From assembly GCA_024346625.1 (NCBI GenBank), contig AP024664.1, positions 930,001-994,000 of the forward strand: 64,000 bases of DNA. Reading direction: 5' to 3'. The DNA is from Williopsis jadinii (lineage: Eukaryota). Shown one piece after another: positions 1 through 11,224 of the stretch; the first letter of the stretch is position 1, and each line of letters opens with the position of its first letter. The position numbers and the translations under genes are program-made. The notes below the pieces were generated by a model. It was given only the letters and a program-made list of their open reading frames with translations. It searched no databases and was not told the DNA's origin.

Positions 1-1910
1 ATCACCTGTGTATCGTTTGAGATGGTATTCAGTCTAGCAGGATCATCGCTTAGTATGTCGAGTTGGTTATAGCCATCATCGTCAAACTTCCACTGATCAA
101 GCAATCTCTCCTTGGTATCTTCATCCTCATCTTCGCCAAAGACAATATCGTCATTCCTTGTGGTGTCCCTAGTGTCTATGTACAATTGACCCAATCTTCC
201 AATTCTTTTTCTCAAAGTCAGTTGGGGACCGCTAACAAGAGACTTCTTCTCATGGAATGGATTATACTTCTCGGGTAAAATTCTTTTGGATTGCCATTTA
301 GAAGTTTGAGTGTTGAAAACTAACCCATCCTCAGCCTTTGGTAATACACCTTTGGATATGAACTTCTCTACTCCTTCAACATAGCCATAGTTTTCCAGAT
401 CCAAGAATGATGACGTTATAGAAGAATAAGGTAAATGAGAGGCATCTTCAATCTTGATATGTGGCAAAGTGAGGTTAAGCAATGGACTATAAGCGTCATC
501 TGTTAAATTGATAAATCCAGCATCCCTTAATTTGCGCTTCTTCAACTTCTCCTCAACGAATTTGGCCATTGAATCCTTCTTGTTGTTGAGTAACCTATCA
601 ACAGTTTCCAGTTCCATATCAGGAATCTTTGATGGTGGTAACTTCACATATGGTTGGAACTGTTGCTGCTGCTGCTGTTGTTGTTGTAATTGTTGTTGTT
701 GAGAGTCTATACCATCAGATGAACTACCCACCTTGGACTTGTCGATATTAGCGTTGTTACCAGTTTTTGACAGTACTCTCTTCTTTTCATCTTTAACATC
801 AGTAGGTTGTTCAGCTTGAGGTGGAGGTGGCACTGGTTTCTTTTTCTTGTGTGCAACAAGATCTTCATCGCTATCTGTGATACCCAATTCACGCTTAACA
901 CTCTTAACTTTGCAACGAAGTTCAAATATCTCACGTTCAGCTTCGAGCGCCTCCAAACGAAGCTTTTCACGTTCTGCCACTAAGAAACATAGCTCTTTAG
1001 TAGCCTTTAATTCCAAGTACAACTTCACCAATTTCTCGGAACTCTGAACATCTGCTCGTCTTGTCTTTCTCTGTTGTCTGAATTGACGTTGTCTAAAACA
1101 GATATAAGCATCGTTGTCATCTTCACCATTGAACTTAAGAATTGGGGTGATTGTTTGACCATTTCTTTCGATCTTTCTCTTTTTGAAGTGTTCATACACT
1201 ACAAGTCCATACTGAGAAACCAAATACTTCAACTCTCTAGGTTTTTGGGGCAGATGCGCATCAAAGTTTGTAATAAATGGATGGATGTTCAGTTCCTCTG
1301 CTAGCATTCCAGTGACATTTTCCACTGATGACTTATCAATCCTCAATAAAGAATCTGTAATTTCCTCCAATGATAATATCTGGCTGGGATCAGTACTTAG
1401 GAAGGGTTGTTTTTCCGTGATAGTTTTCTCAAAATTATACATCAGAATTTCGAATTCGTCCTCCGTGAGTGGATTCTTCTTACGATCTTTGTTTAACTGT
1501 ACCAAGAACTCCTCATCTGATTCATCCATATTGTAGAGACACCCAGAATAATCCTCCACTTGACAGGAAGATTTGATATAAGACTCCGGATGATGGAAAG
1601 TACCCGTATAGTACTTTTCAGCTTCTGGCCATAGCTTTGAGGCATCTGGAGTTGGGATATACGTATTTGCTGTGTTTGACAATCCAGTCGTTTTCAGAAT
1701 CTTCTGTAAATGCTCCTCACCTTCCTCATTCTTATCCACACCGGTTTCGATCTCTTGTAATTCACGCTGTTGTAGATCTGCATTATCGATATCGCTTATC
1801 TGACTCTGTTTCAAGATTTGCAGTTCAGCCTTTGTAGAGATTTTCCTCTGTCTGAATCTGTTACTCGCAGCACCTCCCTTGACGGAGCCCGCTGCTGATG
1901 CAACTGCCAT
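1..1910 (-). CDS. EPL1: Enhancer of polycomb-like protein, NuA4 subunit (3' end runs off window)
   Basis: Not in ORF track because there is no stop inside the window. Manual translation from ATG 1910: MAVASAAGSVKGGAASNRFRQRKISTK...EIETGVDKNEE..HLQ..IPTPDA..YNMDESDEEFL..YICFRQR..RKTRRAD, i.e. the EPcA domain motifs; internal polyQ at ~661-701. Confidence 0.95.
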   Translation of the reverse strand, partial: MAVASAAGSVKGGAASNRFRQRKISTKAELQILKQSQISDIDNADLQQRELQEIETGVDKNEEGEEHLQKILKTTGLSNTANTYIPTPDASKLWPEAEKYYTGTFHHPESYIKSSCQVEDYSGCLYNMDESDEEFLVQLNKDRKKNPLTEDEFEILMYNFEKTITEKQPFLSTDPSQILSLEEITDSLLRIDKSSVENVTGMLAEELNIHPFITNFDAHLPQKPRELKYLVSQYGLVVYEHFKKRKIERNGQTITPILKFNGEDDNDAYICFRQRQFRQQRKTRRADVQSSEKLVKLYLELKATKELCFLVAEREKLRLEALEAEREIFELRCKVKSVKRELGITDSDEDLVAHKKKKPVPPPPQAEQPTDVKDEKKRVLSKTGNNANIDKSKVGSSSDGIDSQQQQLQQQQQQQQQFQPYVKLPPSKIPDMELETVDRLLNNKKDSMAKFVEEKLKKRKLRDAGFINLTDDAYSPLLNLTLPHIKIEDASHLPYSSITSSFLDLENYGYVEGVEKFISKGVLPKAEDGLVFNTQTSKWQSKRILPEKYNPFHEKKSLVSGPQLTLRKRIGRLGQLYIDTRDTTRNDDIVFGEDEDEDTKERLLDQWKFDDDGYNQLDILSDDPARLNTISNDTQV

Positions 1911-4312
1911 GATGTTGAAAACGGAAATGTGTAGTGTGATGAGATGAGATCAACTGAAACTGAAAATGACGATAAAAACGAAATAAAAATACCCAAAAAA
2001 GCACGAACAAAGAACGAAAATATATGTGTTGTCTATCTGACTATAATACAAGTATGCAATTTCACTGTGTCACCGAACCTGCGGGAGTTCGTGTGTGCTG
2101 GGTTCTTTGATGTGGTTCCCTCTTATCAACGACGTGACACTAAAATCAAGAAAAAACAATTTTTGTCCGCCACGGGATTCGATCCGCCGACCGAAATCTT
2201 TGTCCGTTTCTGCGCTCGTTTGTTTTACTTTGCTTTGTTTTGTTTGGCGGTAGTGGCACAACCAAAACAACAACGCGCACACAAAGTACACACAAAGTAC
2301 ACACAAAGTATAAACAAACTGGGTGGCGAAAAAAAGGGGGCCAATTGGAAACAAGGAGCAAGGGGCAAAAGGGCTTTCAAATGGGGTCAGCTTATTTGGT
2401 GCTCTTTATTCTCTTCGGCAACAGATGTGATGATTTAAGCAGTTTGTTACAACCAATTTAATCTCTGATGCCCTTTTTTCCAAATGTTTGTTTTTCCTCC
2501 TGTGCCGGGTTAAAGAGGCAAACTTCGTTTCGTGGTCGTTCAAACAACTCCGTGATGTGTGTGTCGTCGACGTTCAATTTTTTTTTCGTTTTTCACGGGA
2601 GATATTGGGCTTGGGAGAAAAAAATTTCACTTCGGTTACTCCTTTTGATGTATTTCCACATTCGGATGTTTTGGTTGTGTGTCCTTAACCGGATAGGATT
2701 CTCCAAGCCGTTCGCAGTTCAAGTGGCCCATGCGTAACGGCAAGCAGTGCGTGCTGTTGTGCGTATAGAGAGGACAGTTGGTAAACTGTTGAATAGGCCT
2801 GTAGTTCTTTCTTGTCATTCCACGGGGTGTGGTTTTCTTCTGTCTCCTTCTCTGTTCCATTAGACAACGTCTTGGCTAGTCTCTTAGGCATTACAGTAAA
2901 GAGTATTAAACAGGGCTCTCGTACTTGACGTAAGCGTGAAAAGCTGTATGCAGATTGGCATTGGAGACGCTTCCCTGAATTACGTCAACACAGTCCTGTC
3001 AAAGATAGCACTTTAAACAATTCAGCATGTCAATATTGATACAGCAGCATTCATTGGTGAAATTCGAAAGTACTAAGCGATTGACGTTGAACAATCCTGT
3101 AATTAGTACTCGCCTATAGTGTCGCATGCAAATAATAAAAGCTTAGCACCAATACACCTCCAATACAGGTTGTGGTTAATCACCCTCTCTCTCCCCACAC
3201 CATTTGTACTTTGGTGGGTGATGCACTGCTAATTCCGTGTTTATTGCACAGGCACTTCTCCGTCCTCTATTGTGATGAACAACTTCAAAGTTTGAGTTGC
3301 TCCACATAAGGTTTACATACAGTTGCGCACATAAGAGCACGTTATTCAGAATAGTCCTTTGAAGTCGTTGTAGTAAGAACAGAGGCTGATCTGTGTTCAC
3401 TCCATCCCGGGTTGCAGTCACACACCAGAGTGGGTCTTATGGTCTAAGGTTGCAAACCCACGGGTCAATTTACACAGAGGTCTTGGCCCAAGAGGGATTC
3501 TTCGCAATTATAACGTTAGCATACAGATAAACAAGACCGTCGAAGTTCCAGCTGGTTCCACTTTATGACTCCCAAAAAATAACCTGTAATATGCACAGGT
3601 AGTGTCGTTGTGCTGAGCCCCCTGATAAGCACGTCATACCTCCATGAGAAGTTGATTAAACTGTATTATACAGGCAGTTAGGCTAATGCTTGAGGATTCC
3701 AAGCCACCTTTGTTTATATTTTTGCACGTCCGTGTCACCTCAGAATGACACCGCATAACATTACAACCACGAACCTGTAGTATGTGCTATCATGCAGGCA
3801 AGTACCCATACTCAGCCCATGGTAGATACGACCCGTGAGATCACGAACTAAACATGGGTGGTCTGCCAAAGATAACACCAAGAGACTCTTCAGGTAAGTT
3901 CCTGTTGCGGTCCACCGCTACGTTCGGCACTACCAGGATTCTTCCTGAGTCTTTTTCTCTCTTAATTTGTTTGTCTCTATATAAGGACATTCATGTCCAC
4001 CTCAGTTACCTAACCTTACCTTTCCATCTCGTGTAAAACGTCGTGAAACTAGACCAATTAATTGTGACATTGTTGAAGTCTCAGTGAGCACTTAGTACCG
4101 TCACCTGCCCCTGTGCCTTCGTCCCGCTTCGGAATTATCAGCAGCCTTTTGTCAAACAAAAAAATTGACACAATCACTTGGTGCACTAAAATTATTTAAG
4201 GGATATTTCGCCTGCTTTTTGCCGTTGAAGGAAATATATAAAACTTGAGGCTCTTCCCGTTCCCTTTTTTTTTCTTATCGTAACGAAGAAGATACACACA
4301 TACAGCTTCACA

Positions 4313-5206
4313 ATGTCTGACCCAGTGGAGAGATTAGTCAACCACGTTGAGTCGCCATTGACCCGTCTACGCAGATTGTCTCCAAGTGTTACTCACTCGT
4401 ACAACTCTTATCCTTTTGTTCAAGAGACTGTGGAGTTCTTCTTGGGATTCCAACTGATCAACCAAGTATCTACGTTCATTGCTCAAACAGCGCTCAAGTT
4501 GTATGACGATGTCATTGTTAAGTACGCTCCAGGTATCTATAAGGTTTATTACTCTGCTGATGAGTTTATCCTGAACTCTTTGATCATCGGTGTTGTGGAC
4601 AAGTTTTTACCATTTTTGAAACACGTCCATTTGGTCGATTTGACTCCAGGTGCTCTGTTAGCTAGTATCAAAGCGGCTATCGTTTCCAAATACAATGAGC
4701 TGTTTGCCTCTACGAAACCCGCTGTTGTTGCCGCTGTCAATCCGATCCTTTCTCCTGTTAACACAACGTTTGAAAGTGCCATCGATACTTATCTTCCAAA
4801 ACCAGTGTCAACGGTTGATGTCGCCACAACGGAGGTGACATCTCCTGATGAAATTGACAAGTTGATTAAACTAACCACAACCGTTTATAAACGCGCTGTT
4901 CCAATTATTGATTCCAAGATTGAAAACGTTAAGAAGTACCCAGTTGATTTGCAGATCCACGTTTCAAAGATTTACAACTCAAACTTGGAGACTAATGACA
5001 AGTCCATTCCAAGGGCTGTACTGGGTACATCTCATGAGCTGTACAATGAAACTTTGAAGTCCTTGGGTATCACTGAAGGTAAAAATACAAATAGTTCAAC
5101 AATTGCTGAGGTTACATCAGCAGTTAACGAAGTTACAGCTCCGATTGTTGAGCAAGTTTCTGAAGCCGTTGAAAGTGTATCCACCGCTGTGGACGTCCAT
5201 GCTTGA
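4313..5206 (+). CDS. Perilipin-like lipid droplet protein (Pln1/Pet10/Sps4 family)
   Basis: 297 aa; IYNSNLETNDKSIPRAVLGTSHEL resembles Pet10 [32 protein letters not shown] at ~4236. Confidence 0.65.
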   Translation: MSDPVERLVNHVESPLTRLRRLSPSVTHSYNSYPFVQETVEFFLGFQLINQVSTFIAQTALKLYDDVIVKYAPGIYKVYYSADEFILNSLIIGVVDKFLPFLKHVHLVDLTPGALLASIKAAIVSKYNELFASTKPAVVAAVNPILSPVNTTFESAIDTYLPKPVSTVDVATTEVTSPDEIDKLIKLTTTVYKRAVPIIDSKIENVKKYPVDLQIHVSKIYNSNLETNDKSIPRAVLGTSHELYNETLKSLGITEGKNTNSSTIAEVTSAVNEVTAPIVEQVSEAVESVSTAVDVHA

Positions 5207-5935
5207 TAGGATCTTTGAATGTCTTTGTTCCACTGACGAGACGTACATGGATGTGTCGAGCTTCAAATTTTCATTCCTTGAGAAACCCCTCGTTTTAACC
5301 TTAGGTGTGTTTATTTTGAAGGACTTTTTCCTTTTTCCTTTCTTTTTACTATCTCTCCACTCTATGATTATGCTTTTTAATATGCTATATTAATTACTGG
5401 CTAATTGTATATTCTACGGTTTTTTTCTTCTGTATCTCTCTTCATGTTTACGTATCCTGTAGGCGAGGTTGCGTCGTATTTCAATATCGAGTCAAATTCC
5501 ATCCTAATGTATCGTCATGTATATTGACAATTTACACAGTATCATATTAGATACACTTCAAAGTTGTAGCTAATACCTGCGATCTTGACTTTCGACATCA
5601 AAATTTCTTCTGGTTTAAGCTCATTCAAAGTGGTTTGTTGAGTGTAATACCTCTCAATCGCTCTATGCTTAACGTTGGGTGCTTATCAAATAGCGTAGCG
5701 CGTAAGACTTGAGACACCTCAGGCCGTCCGTTCATGGTCCCAAATTCTAACAATAATGAACCTTTCTGGTCAAATTCCTATTCCACTATTTAAGAAATGT
5801 GATCTTTCACTTGTTTATGATATCTTGGTGACAATCAAAGAATGTAACGATAAGAGAGGTTCATGCACAGCGTAATGAATAAATGTGGTTCCTACCAGAA
5901 GATTAGCGAGCCAAAAATTGAAAAAAAAAAGAGAT

Positions 5936-6027
5936 CTTCCCCGCCAGGAGTCGAACCTGGAATCTTCTGGTTTCAGAAGTAACTACTGAATCGTAGCCAG
6001 ACGCCGTGACCATTGGGCCACGAGGAA
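5936..6027 (-). tRNA. tRNA-Arg(ACG) with 19-nt intron (5972-5990)
   Basis: TTCCTCGTGGCCCAATGGTCACGGCGTCTGGCTACGA-[intron]-ACCAGAAGATTCCAGGTTCGACTCCTGGCGGGGAAG, near-identical to yeast tR(ACG); T-run terminator follows. Confidence 0.97.
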
Positions 6028-8198
6028 CAGATCTTGAAAGTTTTGGTTTCAGCAATTTAGCATATGGTGCTTTCAGCAACAGTTGTTTTCTGTCCACAGG
6101 ACCTATCTTTACATGATTTGCTGAGCTTCATACCGTGTAGGTAATACTATATGTGTGGCCTACCTTCTCCTACCTCAGCTTCTCCGATGTTACTACTCAA
6201 CCGCAGCAGTACAGCAAAGCTCTGCGGTACATATCTTCTCATTTCATGAAATGTTGAAACAGTAGATTAAACAGGTCTCCTTGTATATACCAGTTACTCC
6301 TCATAATTCTGCAGTGGCATGGGTGCTAACCCATTAAGTATTATCAAGAAATGTATGGAGTGTTGTGTCTAGAGCTCCTAACGTCTACTAAAGCTCTAGT
6401 ATTCCCAGCAATACGCAAATAATGAATTGACTCATACGGATGCCTCCATTGAGCCTCTTATGAAATTGGAAACCCGAAACAAACCACAAATGCCGACCGC
6501 TTCTGCGCCCTCCCCTCTATCCCCGTTTACCGTGTATACTGCCACAATTATCACAAACGAGTGTTTCCCCGTCCGTTTCTATTCCCCTCACCAATTTCCT
6601 AATTCGGTTCTCCTCAATAGTTTGTGTACACGTTCAGGTGATGTCCGCTGCTGTCGCTCTGCCCTTTTGTAGGAGAGGAAAATTATGTCAAAAATTGACA
6701 AGAGCTGCTAAACGAGAGCAGAAATTTACCAACAAATCCCAAAGAGGAGAAGAGAGAGACGTTCAATCAGTTGCTGGTGATAAACGAACGTATACACAAA
6801 ACGGCACAGTGACAGGGTTCCGAATTTGTCATATATAAAGGATCATAGTCTCTTTTATTCACTGGGTGATAGTCTGAACTGTTGCAGCCAAACGCGTGGG
6901 TTTACTCTGTGCGTTCAGTATCAAACACTAAGAGAGCGAGGGAGCGGAACATATAATTTATAGAGATATACAGCACGTAACGCCATGTCACTTCCACCAT
7001 TCTTCCCGCTGTTACACAACAACAACTTCATTGCGCATACGATAAACGTTATGAATCCAGAGGTTGGCTCGCTATGTGAAATAGCTCCCTCAGGAGAGTC
7101 CCATACCCCTGCGTTGGAGAAGTTCAACAGAATAGCAGACTCGGTGGGCAGACAAAGGGACCATTCATGGTTATTGTTGTTGATAATTGGCTCCTAAAGG
7201 TACTGTTACATTATAGATCGATGTGTGATGCTGGGCTCTTTGCTTTTTCTCAGGTAGGTGGCGGATACCTACATGCTTACAACAAATCATTACAAACTTG
7301 GGTGGTAACGGACAGTCGTTTGATAAGATCTTTGATAGAGGAAGGGAGAGCTCTTGCTGTCATGCTCTCCTATGTGCACTGTGGTTTCACTTCTTTTCTA
7401 ATAACACTCCACCGTTCACATGTTCCGGCTTCTAGTTATCATATATACAATACAGATTAAAATATAACTGATGAGTAGTAGTAGCTTGTGTGGTCGTACT
7501 GCCATGTCCGTTAGGGCCATAGATGTGATTTTTGACGGCGCACCTCATAAAAAAAACCACACTTAATTGTGTGAAGCAGTGTGCATCGCGCTCTTTTGTC
7601 CAGGATCGGAGATGACGAAACAACGGTGGAGGCGCTGTGGAAAGCCGGTTAGGGGTTGCCTCCAGACGCCATACGTCTTCCACTCGGAGATGGTGATACT
7701 TGTCATTGGAATGACGCTATGACGGTGCAGATTTCGAGCTTTCTAATACCAATTGGGCATCATTCATCCTCCCTTGCAGCTGAATTACGATTGTAAACTT
7801 GTACCAAACGAGATGTCTCTTCCCTCCCCTTATACATAGGGCTTGCGTGTCAACCACGCCGGCATGATCTGTGGTACTTCCTACAAGCTCCACATACAGG
7901 TGTAGGCGAAGTGTTGGTACTAACACTCATGAACGTCTAGGGTTTCTGGAATTGCTTGTCTGACAAGAGTCCATTCGCCTATGTTTCAAAGTCCGACATC
8001 TTCCCCATCAAGGCTCGATTGCCTGATTTGTACTGAGAGCCGAAAAGCTCAAGAGTTTCTACGGCACTTTCCCTATCAGGCGCGCACACACTTGCTTACA
8101 TATCAACTCTCCACAAACTGGTATAAATGGCCCAAGTGCCTCAATTCCAGATCAACAGCGCCCAGCTCCTAGCTATACCTCTTCTCCTATAGATTATA

Positions 8199-9758
8199 AT
8201 GACAACAGACTACGAAACGCAGTTCTCTCCGCTGATCTCGGCTAGATCCAGAAAAAGGTTCTTCAAGACCTTCTACGATTTCGATGCAAAGCCTGATCCG
8301 TTGGCTCATCCGAACCCGATTCCGCTAGGAGGTGGAACCCCAAATGAAGGGTTCTTCCCCGTGGAATCCATCCACGTGAACTTGGTGGATCAACCTTTCC
8401 AGCACTTTGACTACGAAGTGAAAGGTCCGGGCACAAACTCTTTTGACAAGAACACGGATGAACAGGTGCACAAGTTGAACGGAGATCACACAGCGGTCAA
8501 TACTTATCGTTACCCTTTGAATGATGATCAAATCTCTATTCACAAGGGGTTTCAATACTCAAACAGTGATGGTTTCCCACAGCTGCAAAAATTCTCCAAG
8601 GAATTGATCACAACTTTGCATAAGCCTGCGTACGATGATTACGATGTAATCATCACTAACGGCTCAGGTGATAGTTTGTTCAAAGTTGCAGATTTGGTTT
8701 GTGAATATGGCGGCTCCATACTTGTTGAGGAATTTACATTCACACCCTTCAACAACTCTGCTGAAAATCACAATACCGCTGTTATCCCGGTCAAACTTAA
8801 CATAAAGGACGGGAGTGAGCCAGGTATTGACCCAGAATACTTGGATGACTTGCTCACAAATTGGTCCACTGGTCCTTATAAGGATAAGAAGAAACCAACT
8901 GCCCTTTACACCATCCCAACTGGTCAAAATCCAACTGGCTTGACACAGAGCCTGAGCTTGAGAAAGAAGATATATGCTCTTGCAGAGAAACACAACTTCC
9001 TCATCATTGAAGACGATCCATACGGATACATAGTGTTACCAAAATACGGTACACCAAACGTTTATGAGTCGCCAGATTTCACACCTGCAGAATACAAGAA
9101 GCTGTTGACTCCATCTTACTTGACTATTGATACGTCAGGCCGTGTCATCAGACTGGATACTTATTCCAAACTATTTGCACCGGGTTTGAGATTGGGTTTT
9201 ATCACTGCAAACCCTTACCTACGTAGAAGAATCTTTATCCATACTCTACTCTCAACAAGACACCCATCTGGTGTTTCTCAGTTGTTGTTGAACAACATCA
9301 TTCAACAGTGGGGCGGTGTTGACGGTTGGTTAACTTGGTCTTCAAAAGTTGCGAAACATTACACGTATAGACGTGATATCTTTTTGAAAGAAATATACTC
9401 ATCACAGCCTTATAAGCAAGGTCAGATCACTGTTGTTGAGCCAGATGCTGGTATGTTCATAATTGTCTACATCAACATTGAATCTCAGGTTCAAGATCCA
9501 CACGATTATGAAAAAATCCTGGCCAAGCTCAAGACCAAGTACATCAGACATGGTGTTGATGTTGTGTTTGGTAACAAGATGGTTGCAGATCCAACTTTTG
9601 AGAACACTATCAAAAACGGTAATTTTATTAGAACCACGATTGCTGCAGTCAGTAATAATGACGCCCTAATTGAAGGTCTCAACAGATTCAGCAGTGCTAC
9701 GACAGAGTTTTTTGAAGAGTTGAATGGTGGTCAATACGATGAGTTGATCTCTAAATGA
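8199..9758 (+). CDS. ARO9: Aromatic amino acid aminotransferase II (PLP-dependent class I/II)
   Basis: GGTPNEGFFP, EEFTFTP, NWSTGPYKD, YTIPTGQNPTG, IIEDDPY, DTYSKLFAPGLRLG (PLP Lys). Confidence 0.9.
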   Translation: MTTDYETQFSPLISARSRKRFFKTFYDFDAKPDPLAHPNPIPLGGGTPNEGFFPVESIHVNLVDQPFQHFDYEVKGPGTNSFDKNTDEQVHKLNGDHTAVNTYRYPLNDDQISIHKGFQYSNSDGFPQLQKFSKELITTLHKPAYDDYDVIITNGSGDSLFKVADLVCEYGGSILVEEFTFTPFNNSAENHNTAVIPVKLNIKDGSEPGIDPEYLDDLLTNWSTGPYKDKKKPTALYTIPTGQNPTGLTQSLSLRKKIYALAEKHNFLIIEDDPYGYIVLPKYGTPNVYESPDFTPAEYKKLLTPSYLTIDTSGRVIRLDTYSKLFAPGLRLGFITANPYLRRRIFIHTLLSTRHPSGVSQLLLNNIIQQWGGVDGWLTWSSKVAKHYTYRRDIFLKEIYSSQPYKQGQITVVEPDAGMFIIVYINIESQVQDPHDYEKILAKLKTKYIRHGVDVVFGNKMVADPTFENTIKNGNFIRTTIAAVSNNDALIEGLNRFSSATTEFFEELNGGQYDELISK

Positions 9759-9789
9759 TTTATCGCTTTTGTCCTTTAATATATTCTAA

Positions 9790-10872
9790 TCATGCACTAA
9801 TTTTCTCTATAATTGGTCTATGCTTCTCAACAACGTTGGCAATTTCCCTTAGTATCTCATCCTTGCGGTCTTGATGACACCAAGAACCGTTGATAGCGTT
9901 CACGGCAACCTGAGCCCATGTGTCTATAGACCACCCGAATCTTGTGTGTACGGCTACATAGTTGTCTAAGATGTAACCTCCAAAGTATGCGGGATCGTCA
10001 GAGTTTAGACTGAATGGAACATTGGCATCGAGCAACTTCTGTAATGGTAACTCTGAAACATCCTTGACGACTTGCAACTTGACGTTGGAGAGCGGACAGA
10101 CTGTGAGCAAAGTCTGATTATCGCTCAATCTCTTAATAAGTATATCGTCATGGACCGAGTTGATCCCATGATCTATTCTTGTTACATTCAATAGATTAAG
10201 GGAATTTGTCACAAAATCTGCGTCACCTTCTTCACCTGCGTGTGCAGTCAATTGGATACTTGGGTTGATCTCCTTAACCCTAGAATAACAGTCACAGAAC
10301 AGCTGCGGTGGGAATGGTTTTTCTGCAGAGTCCAACCCCAAGGCATGAATTGTACCATTCGCTATATGTTCCCTTGCAGACTCAATAGTGGCTAAGCCTG
10401 ATTGTGAAGGCAAGTGTCTCAAAAGACACATGATGAGCTGAGTTGTGATACCCAGCTCACTTTGAGCCTTGTCACAAGCCCTTTGAAATCCCTTCACAAC
10501 GACGTCAAGATCGATCCCTCTTTCTGTATGTGATTGTGGGTCAAAGAACACCTCACAGTGCCACAGCCCGTCACTCTTGGCCCTTTGGAAGTAAGCCCAT
10601 GCTAAATCGAAGAAGTCGTCTTCCTGAACCAGCACATTTGTTCCAATGTAGTAAAAGTCTAAAAAGTCCTGGAGATCTGCAAACTGGCTGTATCTCTTAT
10701 TCAACTCTTCGACAGTCTTCGGGAAGTTATCTGGGAGCTGAATGTTGTTTCTACTGGCCAATGGAAACAAGAGATCTGGCTCAAGCGTCCCTTCTAAGTG
10801 CAGGTGGTGCTCACACTTTGGAAGTTCACGCAGGAAGCATTCCATTTGCTGAGAGCACTCGTGAATAGACAT
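9790..10872 (-). CDS. AAH1: Adenine deaminase
   Basis: LPKCEHHLHLEGTLEP, FFDPQSH, AHAGEE, RIDHG, CPLSN, SDDPAYFGGY. Confidence 0.96.
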   Translation of the reverse strand: MSIHECSQQMECFLRELPKCEHHLHLEGTLEPDLLFPLASRNNIQLPDNFPKTVEELNKRYSQFADLQDFLDFYYIGTNVLVQEDDFFDLAWAYFQRAKSDGLWHCEVFFDPQSHTERGIDLDVVVKGFQRACDKAQSELGITTQLIMCLLRHLPSQSGLATIESAREHIANGTIHALGLDSAEKPFPPQLFCDCYSRVKEINPSIQLTAHAGEEGDADFVTNSLNLLNVTRIDHGINSVHDDILIKRLSDNQTLLTVCPLSNVKLQVVKDVSELPLQKLLDANVPFSLNSDDPAYFGGYILDNYVAVHTRFGWSIDTWAQVAVNAINGSWCHQDRKDEILREIANVVEKHRPIIEKISA

Positions 10873-11224
10873 TTGAGTGGTTGAGTATGAAATACAATGG
10901 AATAAAAGTAAAAGGAAGAGGAAAAGATGTGGTTGAAAAGTTTTTCCGTTTAAGTACCATCAAAATCCCCCCAACAACAGCAAAAAGAAAGAAAAAGAAA
11001 CTGCAAGTTGTTCCGTTTTATGTAAGGCACTCAACGCTCGTCGGAGTTTTCCAAGAAACATTTTTCCTTGGACACCGACGGAACACTACATATTACCTAC
11101 GGCAAGATATTCCGCTGTGTTTGTTGTTTTATGCTTGTTTTTCCGGTCTGGCGGTGTACAGCTTCCTCTGTCTACGTATACATGCTAAAAGTTTCTCCAC
11201 GTTACAGATGAGTGTTGTATATTA

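Noticed and set aside
2416..2479. Box C/D-like element GTGATGA...CTGA with GGCA/TGCC stem and T-run
   Set aside because: Only ~42 nt from C to D box and no convincing rRNA guide complementarity; would need snoscan/Rfam
10801..10803. Alternative CUG code (Ser or Ala clades)
   Set aside because: CTG falls on Leu positions (AAH1 HHLHLEG; EPL1 ELQIL), consistent with the standard code
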